A stretch of 64,000 nt of DNA from Burkholderiales bacterium. Lineage in GTDB: Bacteria; Pseudomonadota; Gammaproteobacteria; Burkholderiales; Burkholderiaceae_C. The DNA lies in assembly GCA_947373745.1 (NCBI GenBank), contig CANBZB010000001.1, positions 2,230 to 66,229 of the forward strand. Direction: 5' to 3'. The notes beneath the pieces were generated by a model. It was not told the DNA's origin. It saw only the letters and a list, made by a program, of their open reading frames with translations, and ran no database searches. Shown piece by piece: positions 37,497 through 49,018 of this stretch (position 1 is the first letter of the stretch; each line of letters starts with the position of its first letter). Both the position numbers and the translations under genes were made by a program.

Positions 37497-38791
37497 GCCC
37501 CACATCATTTCCCTTAGAGCCAATAGAAAAGTCCAGCATCGATGAGTTGCGTGGCTTGCAACTCAAGCGGTTGCAAGCTACTTTGCAGCATGCCTACGCG
37601 AACTCACCTGCATACCGCGCTAAATTTGACGCAGCTGGCGTGCATCCAGACGATTGCAAAAGCCTGCAAGACCTAGCGAAGTTTCCTTTCACCACCAAAG
37701 CCGACTTACGCGATAACTATCCGTTTGGCATGTTGGCCGTGCCACGCGCGCAATGTGTGCGCATCCATGCGTCTAGTGGTACCACGGGCAAACCTACAGT
37801 TGTTGCCTATACGCAAAACGACGTGGATATGTGGGCCAATATGGTGGCACGCAGCATTCGCGCCGCAGGGGCTAAGCCCGGTGACATGGTGCATGTGAGT
37901 TATGGCTATGGACTATTTACTGGAGGACTGGGTGCGCATTACGGTGCAGAGCGTTTAGGTTTGACCGTAGTGCCTTTTGGCGGAGGACAAACCGAACGCC
38001 AAGTGCAGTTGCTACAAGATTTCAAGCCCAACTTGATCATGGTCACGCCTAGTTATATGTTGGCGATAGCCGATGAATTTGAGCGACAAGGTTTGAACCC
38101 TGCAGAGTCGAGTTTGCGTTTGGGTATTTTTGGCGCGGAGCCCTGGACCAACGATATGCGGCGTGCCATTGAAGTGCGATGTGGCATTGATGCGGTAGAC
38201 ATTTATGGTTTGTCGGAGGTGATAGGGCCTGGAGTGGCGAGCGAATGCGTAGAAACCAAAGACGGCCCTACGATTTGGGAAGACCATTTTTATCCTGAAA
38301 TCATCCACCCCGAAACAGGTGAGCCTGTAGCAGATGGCGAAATGGGTGAGCTGGTATTTACCAGCCTCACCAAAGAAGCCTTGCCCATCATCCGTTACCG
38401 CACACGCGACCTCACGCGTTTGTTGCCAGGTACTGCCCGCACCATGCGCCGTATGGAAAAAATCACAGGCCGTAGTGACGACATGATGATCGTGCGCGGC
38501 GTCAATGTCTTTCCCTCGCAAATTGAAGAATATATTTTGAAGCGGGTAGAGCTCGCACCGCATTACCAATGTGTTTTGACGCGTGAGGGGCCGATGGATA
38601 ACTTGTCCGTCTTGGTGGAGACGCGGCCAGGCATCGATCCTGCAAGTGCGCAAGCGGTAGCTGCCGCTAAACAACTCCAACATGATGTCAAAACTTTTGT
38701 GGGAACCAGTATTTCCGTGGAACTTAAGGCAGAAGGTGGCGTAGAGAGAAGCCTAGGCAAAGCAAAACGTGTGGTGGATTTACGAAAATGA
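37493..38791 (+). CDS. paaK: Phenylacetate-CoA ligase
   Basis: HASSGTTGKPT, YGLFTGGLG, YGLSEVIGPGV, YRTRDLT, GRSDDM. Confidence 0.95.
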   Translation: MSPTSFPLEPIEKSSIDELRGLQLKRLQATLQHAYANSPAYRAKFDAAGVHPDDCKSLQDLAKFPFTTKADLRDNYPFGMLAVPRAQCVRIHASSGTTGKPTVVAYTQNDVDMWANMVARSIRAAGAKPGDMVHVSYGYGLFTGGLGAHYGAERLGLTVVPFGGGQTERQVQLLQDFKPNLIMVTPSYMLAIADEFERQGLNPAESSLRLGIFGAEPWTNDMRRAIEVRCGIDAVDIYGLSEVIGPGVASECVETKDGPTIWEDHFYPEIIHPETGEPVADGEMGELVFTSLTKEALPIIRYRTRDLTRLLPGTARTMRRMEKITGRSDDMMIVRGVNVFPSQIEEYILKRVELAPHYQCVLTREGPMDNLSVLVETRPGIDPASAQAVAAAKQLQHDVKTFVGTSISVELKAEGGVERSLGKAKRVVDLRK

Positions 38792-39026
38792 AAGTGCTGC
38801 TTTAACTTTTTTTCTTTTCTCGCGAAGAAACGAGAATCCACAATTTGCAGAATTCCCTTGGTTCAAGGACGTCAGCATTGAGCAACTCTCCAAAGTGGAG
38901 TTGCCAAGCGACAACCATTTGTATTGGCCGCAATTAGATATTGATATTTGTGTGGATTCCATCAGGAATCCAAAAGCTTTCCCATTGATCTCAAAGATCA
39001 GCAGTAAACCTAAGCATAAGACTTAG
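38788..39026 (+). pseudogene. Collapsed DUF4160/DUF2442 toxin-antitoxin-like remnant
   Basis: One frame reads MKVLL*LFFFSREETRIH (DUF4160-like start); another continues FAEFPWFKD...HLYWPQLDIDI (DUF2442-like C-half). Confidence 0.6.
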
Positions 39027-40810
39027 TTCAACCAGGCTTTCACTTTATTAGCCTCGTCAATAGCCAACCGCCAAGTAGTATGTTCTTTGGCTTTCGGCAA
39101 GGTAATAGGAAGCCGCAAAATTTGGCGATCGCGACTGATCAAGGCGGTTACCTTTTTGCCCCATCCAGCGTAGAGCAATACATCGTCTAATTTTTGTAAG
39201 CGCCAGAGAGAGTTGTTGATTTCGACGCCTAGCCACTCATCTGCTGGCGCAAATCCTGCGGCATGCGCAGGGGATCCATTTAGTACCTGCTTGATGACCA
39301 CGCCACGCTCTTCCACAACGCGCAACCCTAAAGCTTGTGCCAGTTGGGCGGGGTCATGATGAATGGTGACACCGTGTGCCGTCAAAAGTTTTTCAAGCGG
39401 CAATTCGCGTGTGCTGTGCACCCAGGCATGGAGATCGTTTCGCCAAGAGCGCCCCGTTAGCCCTTTCAGTACTTCCAACAAATCAGCTTCTTGCATTGGC
39501 CCAGCTTTGCAGCGTTTCCATAAGTCGCGCATCACATGGTCCAAGGTGATGCTGTGGTTGCGCACGCCATGCTGGCGCAAACTCAAATCAAAGCAAAGCG
39601 CTACCAAAGCACCTTTGGTGTAGTAACTGACCGTGAGGTTGGGGCTATTGGCGTCTTGCAAGTAATACTTGGTCCACGCCTCAAAACTCGATTGCGCCAC
39701 GGTATGCACTTTACGCCCAGGGGTTTGTAGCACTTGGTTGATAGTTTTGTTCAGCAAACGCAGATACTGGGCATCATCAATCAAGCCCGAACGGCGTAGC
39801 AATTTGTCGTCAAAGTAACTGGTAAAGCCCTCAAAAAACCATAGCAACTCTGTGTAGTTTTCTTTTGCGTAGTTGTAGTGCGTGAATTCGGCAGGACGTA
39901 AGCGTTTGACATTCCAAGTGTGGAAGTACTCGTGGCTGATAAGGCCTAAAAGGGTGGTGTAGCCATCGTTAGATTTTGCAACTGCTCCATCATTTGATAA
40001 GCGCGGCAAATCGCTTCGCTGACAAATAAGCGCTGTAGAGTTGTGGTGCTCTAGGCCGCCATACCCTTCACCTACCGCATTGAGCATAAAAACATAGCGT
40101 TCAAAAGGAATGTGTGAGCGCTTATTGCCGTGCCAAAAACTGCAAATGGTTTCGCAAATGGCTTGGGCGTCACTCACTAAACGCGCTCCATCAAAAGTGG
40201 GAGGTGCGCCTGCTACGACAAATTGGTGCTCAACGCCCATCACTTTGAAATGACCAGACCAAAAGGTACCCATCTCGACAGGTGTGTCAGCCAAGACATC
40301 GTAATTGGGTGCGGAGTAAGTTCCAAAGCCCTTGCGATCTACTTTCACAGGCGTGAGACCTGTTGCGACCTTCCAATCACTGGCGTGCTTAGGAGGTTGA
40401 AGCTCCAAAATATGCGACGCACTGTATTGGCCATCCACTTGCAAACATAAGCTCGTTGCATTGAAGAAGCCCCGGTCCGTGTTTAGCCATGCAGTACGCA
40501 CAGAATTGTCGTAGGCATGCACTTGATACTGCAGGGTAAGTGCTTGTGATGTATCGCAATCAAATTGCCAAGTGCTTTTGTCCAGTTGTGAAATAGAAAT
40601 ATTTCGCTTGCCTTGCTGGGCACGAATACCCATCAGTTGTTTAGAAAATTCGCGCACCATGTAACTGCCGACAATCCACACGGGCAGCGACACACGTTGT
40701 AGTGCGGCAGGATGTGTAATAGTTAGTGTCACACCATAAATATGGGCATGCACATCCACCGCTTCTATGCGGTAGTGCAATGCAGGCGGTATTTTTTTAC
40801 TTACTGGCAT
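39023..40810 (-). CDS. M61-family metallopeptidase with PDZ domain
   Basis: GGLEHHNST, HEYFHTWNVKRLRP, LWFFEGFTSY, YYTKG, C-terminal PDZ. Confidence 0.93.
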   Translation of the reverse strand: MPVSKKIPPALHYRIEAVDVHAHIYGVTLTITHPAALQRVSLPVWIVGSYMVREFSKQLMGIRAQQGKRNISISQLDKSTWQFDCDTSQALTLQYQVHAYDNSVRTAWLNTDRGFFNATSLCLQVDGQYSASHILELQPPKHASDWKVATGLTPVKVDRKGFGTYSAPNYDVLADTPVEMGTFWSGHFKVMGVEHQFVVAGAPPTFDGARLVSDAQAICETICSFWHGNKRSHIPFERYVFMLNAVGEGYGGLEHHNSTALICQRSDLPRLSNDGAVAKSNDGYTTLLGLISHEYFHTWNVKRLRPAEFTHYNYAKENYTELLWFFEGFTSYFDDKLLRRSGLIDDAQYLRLLNKTINQVLQTPGRKVHTVAQSSFEAWTKYYLQDANSPNLTVSYYTKGALVALCFDLSLRQHGVRNHSITLDHVMRDLWKRCKAGPMQEADLLEVLKGLTGRSWRNDLHAWVHSTRELPLEKLLTAHGVTIHHDPAQLAQALGLRVVEERGVVIKQVLNGSPAHAAGFAPADEWLGVEINNSLWRLQKLDDVLLYAGWGKKVTALISRDRQILRLPITLPKAKEHTTWRLAIDEANKVKAWLN

Positions 40811-41540
40811 CTAACAGCATTTTTTCAATTTGCATGGTGTTGATGGCGCCAGGCACTCTGGAACCGTCTTGGGCAATCAAAGTGGGCGTGCCTGTGATTT
40901 TGAATTTACGGCCAAACTCGACGTTGCGTTCAATCGCAGCGGTGCTGCAATTTGCGTTGGCTATTGGCTGATCTTTGCCCATGATCTGAGTCCATGCACC
41001 AATCGGATCCTTAGAGCACCAGACATTGCGTGACTTGGCCACAGAGTCATCTCCCAAGATGGGATACAAAAACAAATAAATCGTCACGTTATCTACTTTC
41101 GCTAGATCTCGCTCAAACCGTTTGCAATAACCACAGTTGGGGTCTTCAAACACCGCAAGTTTGCGTTTGCCATTACCACGAACAATGGTGATGGCGTCTT
41201 TGAAGGGCAGGCTGGCGAAGTCAATGGTGCTGAGTTTGGCTTCGCGCTCTTCGGTCAAATTGCGTTTACTTTTGGTGTCGATCAAGCTACCTTGGATTAA
41301 AAAATTACCTTCTGCATCGCTGTAATAAATCTCATTGGTGCTTAAGCGAATTTCGTACAGACCAGCCATGGGACTGCGGGTGATTTCTTCGATGCGCGGA
41401 ATTTGTGGAATGCGTTCGCTCAAATTTTTACGAATTGTGGCTTCATGGCCTTGTGCCCATGTGTTGGGTCCAAGTCCCGTCGCCATGAGTAATATGCAAA
41501 CTTGTATGGCTAGGAAAATATTTTTAAGAAGGCGGTTCAT
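40797..41540 (-). CDS. dsbC: DsbC-family thiol:disulfide isomerase
   Basis: FEDPNCGYCKR, GTPTL; signal peptide from ATG 41540. Confidence 0.9.
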   Translation of the reverse strand: MNRLLKNIFLAIQVCILLMATGLGPNTWAQGHEATIRKNLSERIPQIPRIEEITRSPMAGLYEIRLSTNEIYYSDAEGNFLIQGSLIDTKSKRNLTEEREAKLSTIDFASLPFKDAITIVRGNGKRKLAVFEDPNCGYCKRFERDLAKVDNVTIYLFLYPILGDDSVAKSRNVWCSKDPIGAWTQIMGKDQPIANANCSTAAIERNVEFGRKFKITGTPTLIAQDGSRVPGAINTMQIEKMLLDASK

Positions 41541-41585
41541 AAAAGCGTTGTGTAAAAAGTAAAACAAAGCGTCGCACGCATACAT

Positions 41586-42707
41586 TCAGCGCATGGCCTG
41601 CTGCATCGTCCAATGCTTCACTGGGGCGAGGGCATCAAAACTATTCATTCCCCAATTTCGCAGTGCTTGCACACTGGTGTTGGGATGATCAAACAAACGT
41701 TGCAAACCATCGCAGGCGGCCCACGCAGGCAATATGCCAGCTTTACGGGCACGCTCGTAGCGCCGCATCAAATGGCGGTCGCCCACACTTCGCCAATAGT
41801 CACTGCCTTGGCGGGCTTGCAGTACGTGCGCTAATTCCACTGCATCTGCGATACCGAGGTTCAAACCTAAGCCCGCGAGGGGATGGATGGAATGTGCGGC
41901 ATCTCCGGCCAGCACCCACGCATGTCCATCAGCAAATGTGCCCGCCCACTGTTTAACGTGCGCCAACTGCAATGGCCAACTGGCGCGCTCACCGATCAAT
42001 GCAAAGTTGCCGGCCGCACCATGGCTTGCGTCATGCAGGATAGATGTAAAGTTTTCAGAATCCAGAGCCAACACTTCTTGCGCGCGTACTGGGGGGAGAG
42101 ACCACACCACGCCGTAGCTATCGCCTTTCGCGCCGCCTAGGGGTAAGAGGGCCAAAATTTCTAGGCCATGGCTTTGGTGTGCAAACCATTGCATTGCTTT
42201 TTGTCCATGTGGTGTGCTTGCACGGATGCGTGTTGCAACTGCCGTTTGTTGGTAGGGCAAGACTTCGGTCTCAACTTGCAAGCCGTGGCGTGTTTGGCTG
42301 TTGCGTCCTTCGCACACCACGGTGAGTTGCGCAGCATGGGGTGCATCGATCAAGGTAATGTTGTGTTGGTAGCGCAGAGCCTCACCCAATTGCGCTTCTA
42401 GAACAGGGACATCCACTATCCATGTCAGTCCATCTGGGGTCGGGCTTTCAAAATGCACGCTGCCACCCTCGTCGCCCCACACCTGCATATCCATCACAGG
42501 TGTGGCATGCAAGGCATCAGGCCAACAACGCACGCTACTTAAGGCATCTCTGGATGCGCTATTGAGAGAGTAAGCCCTGACATCCGCTTTTGGGTTGTTG
42601 GCTTGTGTCACCAAGCCAACTTGCAAATGTTGTCGCGCCAAGAGAAGGGCAAGCGTGCGCCCAACAATGCCGTCACCACGAATACAAATATCAAATGTTT
42701 GCGCCAT
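41586..42707 (-). CDS. FAD-dependent monooxygenase, UbiH/UbiF/VisC family
   Basis: [14 protein letters not shown] site, [20 protein letters not shown]; true start ATG 42707. Confidence 0.9.
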   Translation of the reverse strand: MAQTFDICIRGDGIVGRTLALLLARQHLQVGLVTQANNPKADVRAYSLNSASRDALSSVRCWPDALHATPVMDMQVWGDEGGSVHFESPTPDGLTWIVDVPVLEAQLGEALRYQHNITLIDAPHAAQLTVVCEGRNSQTRHGLQVETEVLPYQQTAVATRIRASTPHGQKAMQWFAHQSHGLEILALLPLGGAKGDSYGVVWSLPPVRAQEVLALDSENFTSILHDASHGAAGNFALIGERASWPLQLAHVKQWAGTFADGHAWVLAGDAAHSIHPLAGLGLNLGIADAVELAHVLQARQGSDYWRSVGDRHLMRRYERARKAGILPAWAACDGLQRLFDHPNTSVQALRNWGMNSFDALAPVKHWTMQQAMR

Positions 42708-42815
42708 AGCGACGATTGTAGGAGCGCATCTGTAAAACCCGTGCTCGTTACAATGATGCCCTTTGCGCTTCACGTCTTCACCTCTTTGCGCAGGAGGTGT
42801 TTCCGAGGAATTTCC

Positions 42816-43907
42816 ATGAGTTTGAAATGCGGCATCGTGGGCTTGCCCAACGTTGGCAAATCCACCCTGTTCAACGCCCTGACCAAAGCCGGTATTGCGG
42901 CCGAAAATTACCCGTTTTGCACAATCGAACCCAACGTGGGTGTCGTGGAAGTGCCTGACCCCCGTTTGCAGCAACTCGCAGAGATTGTGGTGCCTGAGCG
43001 CACACTTCCTGCCATTGTGGAGTTTGTCGATATTGCAGGCTTGGTCGCGGGCGCAAGCACGGGCGAAGGTTTGGGCAATAAGTTTCTGGCGCATATCCGT
43101 GAAACCGATGCCACGGTGAACGTGGTGCGTTGCTTTGAAGACGACAACGTGATCCACGTAGCTGGCAAGGTCGACCCGATTTCCGATATCGAAGTGATCC
43201 AAACCGAGTTGTGTCTCGCCGATTTATCTGCAGTAGAAAAAGCACTGCACCGTGTCACCAAGACCGCACGCTCGGGCGACAAAGAGTCTGCCAAATTGGT
43301 CGCAATTTTGGAGAAATGCCAAACCGCATTGAATAACACGCAGCCTGTTCGCACCATTGACTTCAGCAAAGAAGAATTGCCTTTGCTCAAGCAGTTCTTC
43401 TTGATCACTGCCAAGCCCGCCATGTTTGTAGCGAACGTGGCAGAGGACGGCTTCGAGAACAACCCATTGCTTGATCGACTCAAAGAATATGCCGCCGCAC
43501 AAAAAGCGCCAGTGGTTGCCATCTGCGCCAAGTTAGAGGCCGAAATGAGCGAGATGAGCGACGAAGACCGTCAGATGTTTTTAGAAGAGTTGGGGCAAAC
43601 CGAGCCAGGCTTGAACCGTTTGATTCGCTCTGCTTACAGCCTGTTGGGATTGCAAACCTATTTCACTGCCGGCGTTAAAGAAGTGCGTGCTTGGACCATC
43701 CACGTGGGCGATACCGGCCCACAAGCAGCGGGTGTCATCCACACAGACTTTGAAAAAGGCTATATCCGCGCGCAGACGATTGCGTTTGACGACTTTATCG
43801 CTTTCAAAGGCGAGCAAGGCGCGAAAGACGCGGGCAAGATGCGCGCCGAAGGCAAAGAGTATGTGGTGAAAGACGGCGACGTGATGAACTTCTTGTTCTC
43901 GTCTTAG
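42816..43907 (+). CDS. ychF: Redox-regulated ATPase YchF
   Basis: [36 protein letters not shown]; 363 aa. Confidence 0.98.
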   Translation: MSLKCGIVGLPNVGKSTLFNALTKAGIAAENYPFCTIEPNVGVVEVPDPRLQQLAEIVVPERTLPAIVEFVDIAGLVAGASTGEGLGNKFLAHIRETDATVNVVRCFEDDNVIHVAGKVDPISDIEVIQTELCLADLSAVEKALHRVTKTARSGDKESAKLVAILEKCQTALNNTQPVRTIDFSKEELPLLKQFFLITAKPAMFVANVAEDGFENNPLLDRLKEYAAAQKAPVVAICAKLEAEMSEMSDEDRQMFLEELGQTEPGLNRLIRSAYSLLGLQTYFTAGVKEVRAWTIHVGDTGPQAAGVIHTDFEKGYIRAQTIAFDDFIAFKGEQGAKDAGKMRAEGKEYVVKDGDVMNFLFSS

Positions 43908-44401
43908 TTTCCAATCACCCAGTGGGCTGGAAACACGGTCAGCAATCCCGCTAAAAATATGGCGTAACGTAGAAATTTACCAACGCACATATAGGCTACG
44001 CACGGCCAAAACGGTAGTTTGATCCACCCAGCCAAGATGCACATGGGGTCACCTACGATAGGTAACCAACTCAATAAGCATGCTTTGGGTCCAAAGCTGT
44101 GCAACCAGTTCAAGATGCGTGCATCATGGCCAGAGGTTTCTTTTTTGGTGAGGGTGTCGCGTAATTTATGGGCGGCATGGCCTGTCCACCATCCAAATGC
44201 ACCGCCTAGCGTGTTACCTACCGTAGCGATCAAAATCGTGGGCCAAAACAACTCTGGGCTGACCTTCAGCAAACCAAACATGATGGGCTCAGAACCTATG
44301 GGTACCAAGGTCGCTGAAATAAAAGACATGACGAACACCGCCGACAAGCCGTATTCAGGCAAGGCGAAGGTTGTTAACAGCGATGTGAACCATTCATGCA
44401 T
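43904..44401 (-). CDS. YqaA/DedA-family membrane protein
   Basis: [29 protein letters not shown]. Confidence 0.9.
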   Translation of the reverse strand: MHEWFTSLLTTFALPEYGLSAVFVMSFISATLVPIGSEPIMFGLLKVSPELFWPTILIATVGNTLGGAFGWWTGHAAHKLRDTLTKKETSGHDARILNWLHSFGPKACLLSWLPIVGDPMCILAGWIKLPFWPCVAYMCVGKFLRYAIFLAGLLTVFPAHWVIGN

Positions 44402-44503
44402 GTCAGCAGTGTAGGTTCACCATATGACATTTGCTGAAATTTTGAGCATGTAGAATCGTGCCTCCTTTTTCAGCAAACCCTCTTTTTAACGTCTATCCAC
44501 TCC

Positions 44504-45544
44504 ATGCGTATCGGTTCTTATGAATTAGCAAACCCTGTGTTTGTCGCGCCCATGGCTGGAGTGACCGATCGTCCCTTTCGTATGTTGTGCAAACAACTCG
44601 GTGCAGGCTATGCCGTGAGTGAAATGGTGACTTCACGCCCTGACTTGTTTAAGAGCCTCAAAACCTCACTTCGGGTAGACCATACGGGTGAAAGCGGCCC
44701 TATCGCCGTGCAAATCGCTGGCACCGATGCGCCCATGATGGCCGACGCTGCACGCTACAACATTGACCACGGCGCGCAGATCATCGATATCAATATGGGC
44801 TGCCCTGCCAAAAAAGTGTGTAACAAATGGGCGGGCTCTGCTTTGATGCAAGACGAAGCCTTAGCAGTGTCCATCGTGCAAGCGGTCGTTGACGCTGCGC
44901 AGCCTCTAGGCGTGCCAGTGACGCTCAAGATGCGCACAGGTTGGTGCCAGCAGCATAAAAATGCATCCACGCTTGCACGTAGGTTTGAAGACGTCGGTGT
45001 GCAAATGCTGACAGTGCATGGCCGTACCCGCGAGCAAGGCTATAGCGGACAAGCGGAATACGACACGATCGCGGCTGTTAAACAAGCGGTAAAGATTCCC
45101 GTAGTTGCCAATGGCGATATTGATTCCCCCGAAAAAGCCCAAGCCGTGTTGCTCTACACCGGTGCTGATGCTGTGATGGTTGGCCGTGCAGCGCAAGGGC
45201 GGCCTTGGATATTCAGAGAAATCACCCACTACCTTGCTACGGGCGAGCACTTGGCTCAGCCGTTGGTGATGGAAGTACGTCGCCTGTTGTTAGAACATTT
45301 GCAAGACCACTATGCTTTGTATGGCGAAGTCAGTGGCGTACGTAGTGCGCGCAAACATATTGGCTGGTATGTGCACCAATTGCCACAAGGGGATGCATTT
45401 CGCCGCCACATGAATACCTTAGAAAATGCCCAAGCACAGCACCAAGCCGTCGCAGAATTTTTTGATGCATTGGCCGCGCAGTTTGAGCGTTTACCCCATC
45501 CCCTCGTTTCTAGTGAACCGTTAGCCTTATCTCCCCATGAGTAA
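44504..45544 (+). CDS. dusB: tRNA-dihydrouridine synthase B
   Basis: APMAGVTD, DINMGCP, HGRTR, ANGDI; upstream of fis. Confidence 0.95.
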   Translation: MRIGSYELANPVFVAPMAGVTDRPFRMLCKQLGAGYAVSEMVTSRPDLFKSLKTSLRVDHTGESGPIAVQIAGTDAPMMADAARYNIDHGAQIIDINMGCPAKKVCNKWAGSALMQDEALAVSIVQAVVDAAQPLGVPVTLKMRTGWCQQHKNASTLARRFEDVGVQMLTVHGRTREQGYSGQAEYDTIAAVKQAVKIPVVANGDIDSPEKAQAVLLYTGADAVMVGRAAQGRPWIFREITHYLATGEHLAQPLVMEVRRLLLEHLQDHYALYGEVSGVRSARKHIGWYVHQLPQGDAFRRHMNTLENAQAQHQAVAEFFDALAAQFERLPHPLVSSEPLALSPHE

Positions 45545-45773
45545 AAAACATATTGAAGATGCTGTGCGATCCAGCATGCAGTCCTATTTCGATGACCTGA
45601 GTGGTACTGAACCCAACAACCTGCACGAACTCGTCATTCGCGTGGTGGAAAAACCCTTGTTAGAAGTCGTGATGCAACACGCCGACCACAACCAGTCGCG
45701 CGCCGCTGATTGGCTTGGACTCAATCGCAATACCTTGCGTAAAAAATTGCTCGAACACAAACTCATCAAATAA
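45537..45773 (+). CDS. fis: Fis family DNA-binding protein
   Basis: [23 protein letters not shown]. Confidence 0.93.
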   Translation: MSKKHIEDAVRSSMQSYFDDLSGTEPNNLHELVIRVVEKPLLEVVMQHADHNQSRAADWLGLNRNTLRKKLLEHKLIK

Positions 45774-45781
45774 GAATCGCC

Positions 45782-47359
45782 ATGCAAGCACTCATCTCTG
45801 TATCTGACAAAACCGGCATTGTGGAATTGGCCCAAGCCTTGCACGACCTGGGCATTGGATTGATTTCCACAGGAGGTACTGCCAAGTTATTGGCTGAAAA
45901 GGGTTTGCCCGTCAAAGAGGTTGCCGAAGTCACAGGTTTTCCTGAAATGCTCGATGGCCGTGTCAAAACCTTGCACCCCAAAGTACACGGTGGTTTGTTA
46001 GCACGACGTGATGTGCCTCAGCACATGGCCGCACTTGCTGCCCACGACATCGACACCATTGATTTGCTGGTGGTCAACCTCTATCCATTCGTTGCCACGG
46101 TAGCCAAGCCGGACTGCACCTTAGAAGACGCCATTGAGAACATCGATATCGGGGGGCCTGCGATGGTGCGCAGTGCAGCCAAGAACTGGAAAGATGTGGC
46201 GGTACTAACCGACGCTGGCCAGTACCCCACAGTGTTGACAGAACTCAAAGCGCATGGCAAGTTGTCTGACACCACACGTTTCGCCTTGGCAGTAGCGGCG
46301 TTCAATGCCATTAGCAATTACGACGCAGCCATCAGTGACTATTTATCGTCCATCAATTTAGAAGATGGCACTCGTGCACGCTTTTCTGCCCAAGCCAATG
46401 CGAGTTTCATCAAGTTGCAAGACTTGCGTTATGGCGAGAATCCGCACCAGCAAGCTGCGTTTTATCGCGACTTGTACCCGGCACCAGGCTCCTTGGTGAC
46501 TGGCGAACAATTACAAGGCAAAGAACTCTCTTACAACAATATTGCGGACGCTGATGCAGCGTGGGAATGTGTGAAGAGCTTCGATACTCCTGCATGCGTC
46601 ATCGTGAAGCACGCCAATCCTTGTGGCGTTGCATTAGGGAAAGATGCTTTCGCCGCTTACCAAAAAGCATTCCAAACCGACCCTACTTCTGCGTTTGGCG
46701 GCATCATCGCTTTCAATTGCGAAGTCGACCATGTAGCCGCCGAGGCTGTTGGAAAACAGTTTGTCGAAGTGTTGATGGCCCCAAGCTTTAGCGCCAAAGC
46801 GCAAGAAGTTTTAAAAGGTAAACCCAATGTGCGCGTGTTGCATATTCCAATGCCTGCCCCCACTGGAAACTCTGCATGGGACCGTGGACAAAACGTTGTT
46901 GACGTTAAGCGCATTGGCTCTGGTCTGTTGATGCAAACTGCCGATAACCATGAGTTGCAACTCTCTGATCTCAAAGTCGTTACCCAGAAGCAACCAACTG
47001 CTGAACAATTGCAAGACCTCTTGTTTGCATGGAAAGTCGCAAAGTACGTCAAGAGTAATGCGATTGTGTTTTGTGCCAACGGACAAACGCGTGGCGTGGG
47101 GGCTGGCCAGATGAGCCGTCTTGATTCCGCACGCATCGCCAGTATCAAAGCGGAGCATGCAGGCTTGTCTTTGCAAGGCACGGTGGTCGCAAGCGATGCC
47201 TTCTTCCCCTTCCGTGATGGACTCGATGTGGTGGTCGATGCAGGCGCCACCTGCGTCATTCAACCCGGCGGCTCGATGCGCGACCAAGAGGTGATTGATG
47301 CCGCCAACGAGCGCGGCGTTGCGATGGTGTTTAGTGGTGTACGCCACTTCCGCCATTAA
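45782..47359 (+). CDS. purH: Bifunctional AICAR transformylase/IMP cyclohydrolase
   Basis: [35 protein letters not shown]. Confidence 0.98.
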   Translation: MQALISVSDKTGIVELAQALHDLGIGLISTGGTAKLLAEKGLPVKEVAEVTGFPEMLDGRVKTLHPKVHGGLLARRDVPQHMAALAAHDIDTIDLLVVNLYPFVATVAKPDCTLEDAIENIDIGGPAMVRSAAKNWKDVAVLTDAGQYPTVLTELKAHGKLSDTTRFALAVAAFNAISNYDAAISDYLSSINLEDGTRARFSAQANASFIKLQDLRYGENPHQQAAFYRDLYPAPGSLVTGEQLQGKELSYNNIADADAAWECVKSFDTPACVIVKHANPCGVALGKDAFAAYQKAFQTDPTSAFGGIIAFNCEVDHVAAEAVGKQFVEVLMAPSFSAKAQEVLKGKPNVRVLHIPMPAPTGNSAWDRGQNVVDVKRIGSGLLMQTADNHELQLSDLKVVTQKQPTAEQLQDLLFAWKVAKYVKSNAIVFCANGQTRGVGAGQMSRLDSARIASIKAEHAGLSLQGTVVASDAFFPFRDGLDVVVDAGATCVIQPGGSMRDQEVIDAANERGVAMVFSGVRHFRH

Positions 47360-47369
47360 GTAGCCTCCA

Positions 47370-48668
47370 TTGACATTTGCTTCACTGGGCTTGTCGCCCA
47401 ACCTCTGCCTAGCCGCTGAGCGCGCGGGGTGGACTCAACCTACACCTATCCAAGAACAAGGTATTCCCCCCATCTTGGAAGGACAGGATGTTTTGGCAAC
47501 TGCAGCTACGGGGTCTGGCAAGACCGCGGCTTATGGTTTGGGGTTGTTGCAAGTGTTGCAAGCTGTGCAATCCAGTGCGTCAATCTCTCCAAGCGCGTCT
47601 CATATTTCAGCGCAAAAGAAAACAGCACCGCATTCACCGCGAATAAGTGCGCGTGTTTTGGTCATCGTGCCAACGCGCGAATTGGCTGTGCAAGTGGGAC
47701 AAGTTTTCAAAGAACTGGCGTCTGATGCGCTTCGCATCGCCACAGTGTTTGGAGGCGTATCCATCAATCCACAGATGCTGGCATTGCGCGGGGGGGCAGA
47801 TATTGTTGTAGCCACTCCAGGTCGCTTATTAGATTTGGTAGACCACAACGCATTGCAGCTCGATAGCGTTGCGCATCTTGTCTTAGACGAAGTAGACCGC
47901 TTGCTTGATTTAGGTTTCATGGAAGAGTTAAACCGCGTGTTGGCTCTACTTCCCAGCAAAAGACAAAACCTGTGGTTTTCCGCTACTTTCGATGCATCAC
48001 TACAACCCTTGGCTGGCAGCATGTTGCGACAACCGGTTCGTATTGAAATCGCGGGTTCGGCAACCACACAGCATCTGGAACCTGCAATACACCAACGTGC
48101 CATCGCCATAGATGAAAAAAAGCGAACTTTATTGCTGCGCTATCTCTTCACACAAGAAAAATGGAAACAGGTGCTGGTGTTTGTAGCCACACGCTATGCG
48201 AGTGAGCATGTGGCTAACAAACTCTACCAAGCCGGTATTTACGCGACGGCCTTGCATGGCGAGATGAGTCAAGGCGCCAGACAAACCGTGTTGCAAGAGT
48301 TCAAAGATGCGCGCTGGGAAGTGTTAGTCACCACCGATCTTGCGGCGCGTGGTATTGATATTGCCAAATTACCGACAGTGGTGAATTACGACTTGCCTCG
48401 CTCGGCGACCGACTACATCCACCGGATGGGCCGAACAGGACGCGCAGGTGAAAAGGGGGAGGTGTTGAGTTTCGTGACGGCTGCTGCGCTAGCGCACTGG
48501 AATGTGATTCAAAAGCGTCAAGTTACTCCGTTAGCACTAGAAGTGATAGAAGGCTTCGAGCCTACAGACACGCCACCGCCAGCCCTCAAGTTGAACGACG
48601 GCACTGGCGGCATCAAAGGCCGCCGTCCCAGCAAGAAAGATAAGCTGCGCGGCCTTAAGGGCCTTTAG
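47370..48668 (+). CDS. DEAD-box RNA helicase
   Basis: TGSGKT, PTRELA, LDEVD, SAT, ARGID, HRMGRTGR; TTG start. Confidence 0.94.
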   Translation: MTFASLGLSPNLCLAAERAGWTQPTPIQEQGIPPILEGQDVLATAATGSGKTAAYGLGLLQVLQAVQSSASISPSASHISAQKKTAPHSPRISARVLVIVPTRELAVQVGQVFKELASDALRIATVFGGVSINPQMLALRGGADIVVATPGRLLDLVDHNALQLDSVAHLVLDEVDRLLDLGFMEELNRVLALLPSKRQNLWFSATFDASLQPLAGSMLRQPVRIEIAGSATTQHLEPAIHQRAIAIDEKKRTLLLRYLFTQEKWKQVLVFVATRYASEHVANKLYQAGIYATALHGEMSQGARQTVLQEFKDARWEVLVTTDLAARGIDIAKLPTVVNYDLPRSATDYIHRMGRTGRAGEKGEVLSFVTAAALAHWNVIQKRQVTPLALEVIEGFEPTDTPPPALKLNDGTGGIKGRRPSKKDKLRGLKGL

Positions 48669-49018
48669 TCGTTGGCTTCTTCGTGGCTGTGTGGCGCTGT
48701 ATCGCGTTCGTGCAACGCACGTTCAGTATCTTTGGCGCGTGGCACGCGGATACCGTGCTTGGCGAGAATTTCTACATAACAAGCAGGGGCAGCTTCTTTG
48801 GCAGCGGCGTCAATGCATTCGATCAGAGTCGCCAAATGCACCACTTCCGCGCTTGCTTCGCTTAAACCAAACTTGCAATCGAAGTCCCAGAAATCGACGC
48901 CTTCCGGCAGATCACGCCTACGCTCGCGTTTGAGGTATTTGCGAATTTCGTGTTTGGTGGCGTCTAACACCCGATCAGGGTTCTTGCCTTCTGGGCGCAG
49001 TTGGAATGTTTTTTTCAC
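48665..49018 (-). CDS. Conserved hypothetical protein (DUF6172-like)
   Basis: MKKTF...[26 protein letters not shown]...YVEILAK pattern recalled for this family. Confidence 0.7.
   Translation of the reverse strand: MKKTFQLRPEGKNPDRVLDATKHEIRKYLKRERRRDLPEGVDFWDFDCKFGLSEASAEVVHLATLIECIDAAAKEAAPACYVEILAKHGIRVPRAKDTERALHERDTAPHSHEEAND

Noticed and set aside
30151-38791. Partial paa set (F, G, I, K) as a novel pathway
   Set aside because: paa genes are often split across loci in Burkholderiales; this cannot be judged from one window.
42708-43202. Apparent 165-aa N-terminal extension of the UbiH-like ORF (538 aa in the track)
   Set aside because: It is the antisense shadow of ychF; the FAD-binding start [13 protein letters not shown] at 42707 is the natural N-terminus.
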